DNA of 63,061 nucleotides, the filler included, from Hyphochytrium catenoides (lineage: Eukaryota > Protista > Hyphochytriomycota), in assembly GCA_900088475.1 (NCBI GenBank). It is 7 parts of 7 records of this genome, joined end to end, with 100 filler letters (N's around TTAATTAATTAA, not from the genome) between each part and the next. Parts side by side here need not be neighbours in the genome. Positions count along the whole stretch, not along the records: positions 60,180 to 61,771 come from FLMG01002186.1; positions 61,872 to 63,061 come from FLMG01003712.1; 5 more parts are not named here. One strand, 5' to 3'. Both the position numbers and the translations under genes were made by a program. Shown in pieces: positions 60,353 through 63,061 of this stretch (positions are counted from its first letter, which is position 1; every line of letters starts with the position of its first letter). Under the pieces are notes generated by a model, which saw nothing but the letters and a program-made list of their open reading frames with translations, was not told the origin of the DNA and did no database searches.

Positions 60353-61771
60353 CTAGTACTCTGCAAGGGGGCCGTTTATCTTTCTTTTCTTCTTGCTGCT
60401 TCCTGTTGGCACATTGCTGTTGCTGTCACCATCCTCACCACCACACGCTAGGTTGATAAAGCGACCATGTAGGCCAAAGTCATTCTCGCCAGTTCTTAGG
60501 TGAAATCTGTAACACACTGGAATGAAGGGGTTTACTAACATGGTCCCGTTTTGATTAGACTGCAAGTTACTGTGCCGGTACTGTGGTGGGAGAAGCAATG
60601 TGAAACCTCTTGATTGATACTTCTGTATTCTTGGGATGTAAGTAGCCGGTCTTGAGTTTTGCAGAGTATAGCAAATCATCGTTCTGGTTCGCCAGCCTTC
60701 CAGGGCAGCTATTGTTGCGATGACGTCGTGCCCGTCGTAAGCAACCCCGCACACATCAATGTCAAAATTGTTTAATATTCGACCCATGCCAAAAGCACCA
60801 GTAAATATAAATTGAATCGTGACTGTACGCACGCTATCATCATTTCCATTGCTGTGGTAGAAAGATGGCCATGGAGAAAGATGAAGCTTAAAAGTCCTGA
60901 CCGCGTAATGGCCAGGTCTTGTGACATCTTGCAGGTTGAGCCCCAACGCAAGCGCTTTCTTCCTTAGGCCATCCCGGGTTAAAGCATTGAAATGCTTTAT
61001 GTTTCCTTTTCCTCGGTAAAACATATCCACATCTTGACTTTGCGGATTAGCGAATTGAAAGTGGTAAGAACAACTCAGAATTGCTCTGAACGCTTCCGCC
61101 GGCAATAAAGAAGTGCTCGAAATCCACAAGCTTCTCCCATTCAGAGAACCAGAAGAAACGATCCATGTTCATCAGGAAGGTCGGCTTGTTAGCTACTACC
61201 GTTGGAGTACGGGTGGTGCCTTCTGGAAGGATGCCTCCTGTTTCCATAAAAAGAGCTCTCTCGAAACAGTTGAGCAACCTTGGGTTGTTACATTCTGAGT
61301 TCATGGAATGTACATTTACGAGGGAGTGGTCGTATGTGGGAACGCCTGAAGAGCTTCCGTATGGCAGAAGACGGAAAAATGTTTGGGCCTCGGGAGTATG
61401 CAACGACAGCTGCCTCAGCCATTCCATGCAGGCTTGTGAAGACCAGATGTAGTCGGTGTTTTTTGCAGGTGCAAATCCTTCTATGATATCTATAGCCACT
61501 TCGCGCTCATAGAGACATTCACGATAGCGCCCCAGTGCTTTGCAAAAGGCAGAGACGGATGTCAAGCTCGCTCCTCCGTGGTGGACGAGGAGGCAAACGA
61601 GCGTGCTCATTTCGAGTTTTCGCAGGCTGTCCATATCACCCGCCCGCAATAGCAAGTACTCGGCTTCCCCTAATCGAGTCGTGCTGAAAGTTGCAGTGGC
61701 GGCGCTGGGTTGTAGAAGAGCAGCGTGGTTTAGAGCTTGTTTGGTGAATGAAGTCGTAGAAGAGTGTAAAA
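60353..61771 (-). pseudogene. F-box-like + Pol-beta-superfamily nucleotidyltransferase-like gene with one frameshift, 5'-truncated
   Basis: FFIAGGSV, then DVDMF, TIQFIF, ILNNFDIDVCGVAYDG and RIQKYQSRGF. Removing 61079-61088 joins the two ORFs as IAGGSVLSC. Confidence 0.72.
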
Positions 61772-62468
61772 NNNNNNNNNNNNNNNNNNNNNNNNNNNNN
61801 NNNNNNNNNNNNNNNTTAATTAATTAANNNNNNNNNNNNNNNNNNNNNNNNNNNNNNNNNNNNNNNNNNNNAGAGAGAGAGAGAGGAGAGAGAGCAGGAC
61901 AGAAAATGAAGGGGGAAGTGAAGATTCTTGGTCTCTCCAGAGTCAGTTCGTCTTCAACAGCTCGCAACCACTCAGGTCTTTATAGCTTAATGCTACTTCT
62001 CTTTCAGGCAGACACCGAGAGGTCTTGGGTCTCTTCCCCGTGTCGAAGAGAGGCGGGAATGAAGGACAAAAGCAAGGAGACGATCCTTTCTCTCACGGAG
62101 GATGGTCAACAAGGCTCGCTCTCTTAGGTTTCGTCCTTACTTCTAACCTTCAAACGGTACCACGCAGCCTGGGTGATGCAGACAGCTCTTTGGTGATAAG
62201 TGCGCTGCCTCCTCTCCTTGGCTCCTTGTGAAGGGGTCTCTTTCTCGAGGACTGTCTCTTCCTTCTGTACGTGAGAGGGAGAGAGTGCGGGACAGGCAGG
62301 CGCTGTCTGTCTGCTGGATGAAAAGCAAGGAAGAGAGAGGGGGCAAATAGGAACTGAGAGAGAGAGAGAAAAGGGTAGAAGTTAGAAGAAAGGAGGCAGA
62401 CAAGGAAGGGGATTACCTGAGCAGAGGGAGAGAGAGAGAGAAAGAGANNNNNNNNNNNNNNNNNNNNN

Positions 62469-62513
<45 letters not shown>

Positions 62514-63061
62514 ATGGTGTAACGCTAGCTCAAAAACAAACCGTAGCATACATTGGCCCTACGATCTGTTTCACGATTGTTTTCGGGATGCCAGAGTACT
62601 TCATTGGCTTCATGGTATTTGAAAGTAAGGAGTAGCGCTTATTTTCAGAGTGGGAGTTTCAATTAAAATCGGACGTGGATGGCGGCTTCGGATGCGAAAA
62701 GTGGCCGCAGGTGAAATCTGGCAGCTATAGGGAAAAACACACGAATTTAATGTAATATCGGTCGATTATCGGAGAGTAGTTCTTGATTGATTTAGGGATG
62801 ATTTGATCTTACTGATAGAGCTCACTTCCTGTATATTGTGAAACGGCGTCTTGGCTCTGGTCACTGTAGAACAGTAGATCTATGTAGACGTGACCGGCGC
62901 TTGCTGGTGCTGGCGGCAGAAGCGGTCCTTCGATCTGGCAGCCCAGCAAGCTTAAGTGGTCATGAAGATTGGACGAAGAGGTTGATGAGTGATGAGGTTC
63001 ACATCATATGGCCCGTGCTGAGCTCGAACATCGATGGTCTCTTACACAATAAAGCTGTTGA

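Noticed and set aside
28076-61871. Recurrent TTAATTAATTAA motif, and gene neighbourhoods across it
   Set aside because: It is always centred in 44+44 Ns, so it is an artificial linker. Adjacency across it has no biological meaning.
61872-62447. Possible minus-strand exon with an IQ-like motif (AVCITQAAW)
   Set aside because: I could not establish a consistent downstream exon; the fragment is too small.
1-63061. Fanzor/TnpB, tRNA, rRNA, snRNA or SL-RNA genes
   Set aside because: No RuvC/zinc-ribbon motifs or structured-RNA signatures were recognised by eye. An Infernal/Rfam scan would be needed to exclude them.

Overview
Eukaryotic (protist) draft-assembly DNA, probably stramenopile/oomycete-like. 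That assignment is an inference from a WRKY19-type CxxHGG zinc-finger protein and a multi-TM gene family. The window is not contiguous: six identical 100-bp spacers (44 N + TTAATTAATTAA + 44 N) join at least seven unrelated contigs. Contig 1 holds a frameshifted CRE-clade non-LTR retrotransposon, a cluster of multi-TM genes/pseudogenes with a decayed ankyrin-like gene, an 890-aa orphan, a 7-exon TMEM8/Myomaker-like (CREST) gene missed by the ORF track, and the WRKY19-like gene. Contig 2 holds spliced Sel1-repeat, DEAD-box helicase and Reb1/TTF1-like Myb genes with CT/GA microsatellite introns, plus a 719-aa TM orphan. Later contigs hold the 3' part of UPF3, a CDF/ZnT zinc transporter, a modular thaumatin-like protein and an F-box-like + Pol-beta-type nucleotidyltransferase gene broken by an apparent 10-bp insertion. 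I cannot prove a new system from sequence alone. The best leads are the F-box-NTase, introns with self-complementary (GA)n/(CT)n halves, a possible CAG>TAG (RIP/methylation-like) mutation bias, and the stand-alone Myomaker-like gene. All family calls come from motif recognition, not database searches.
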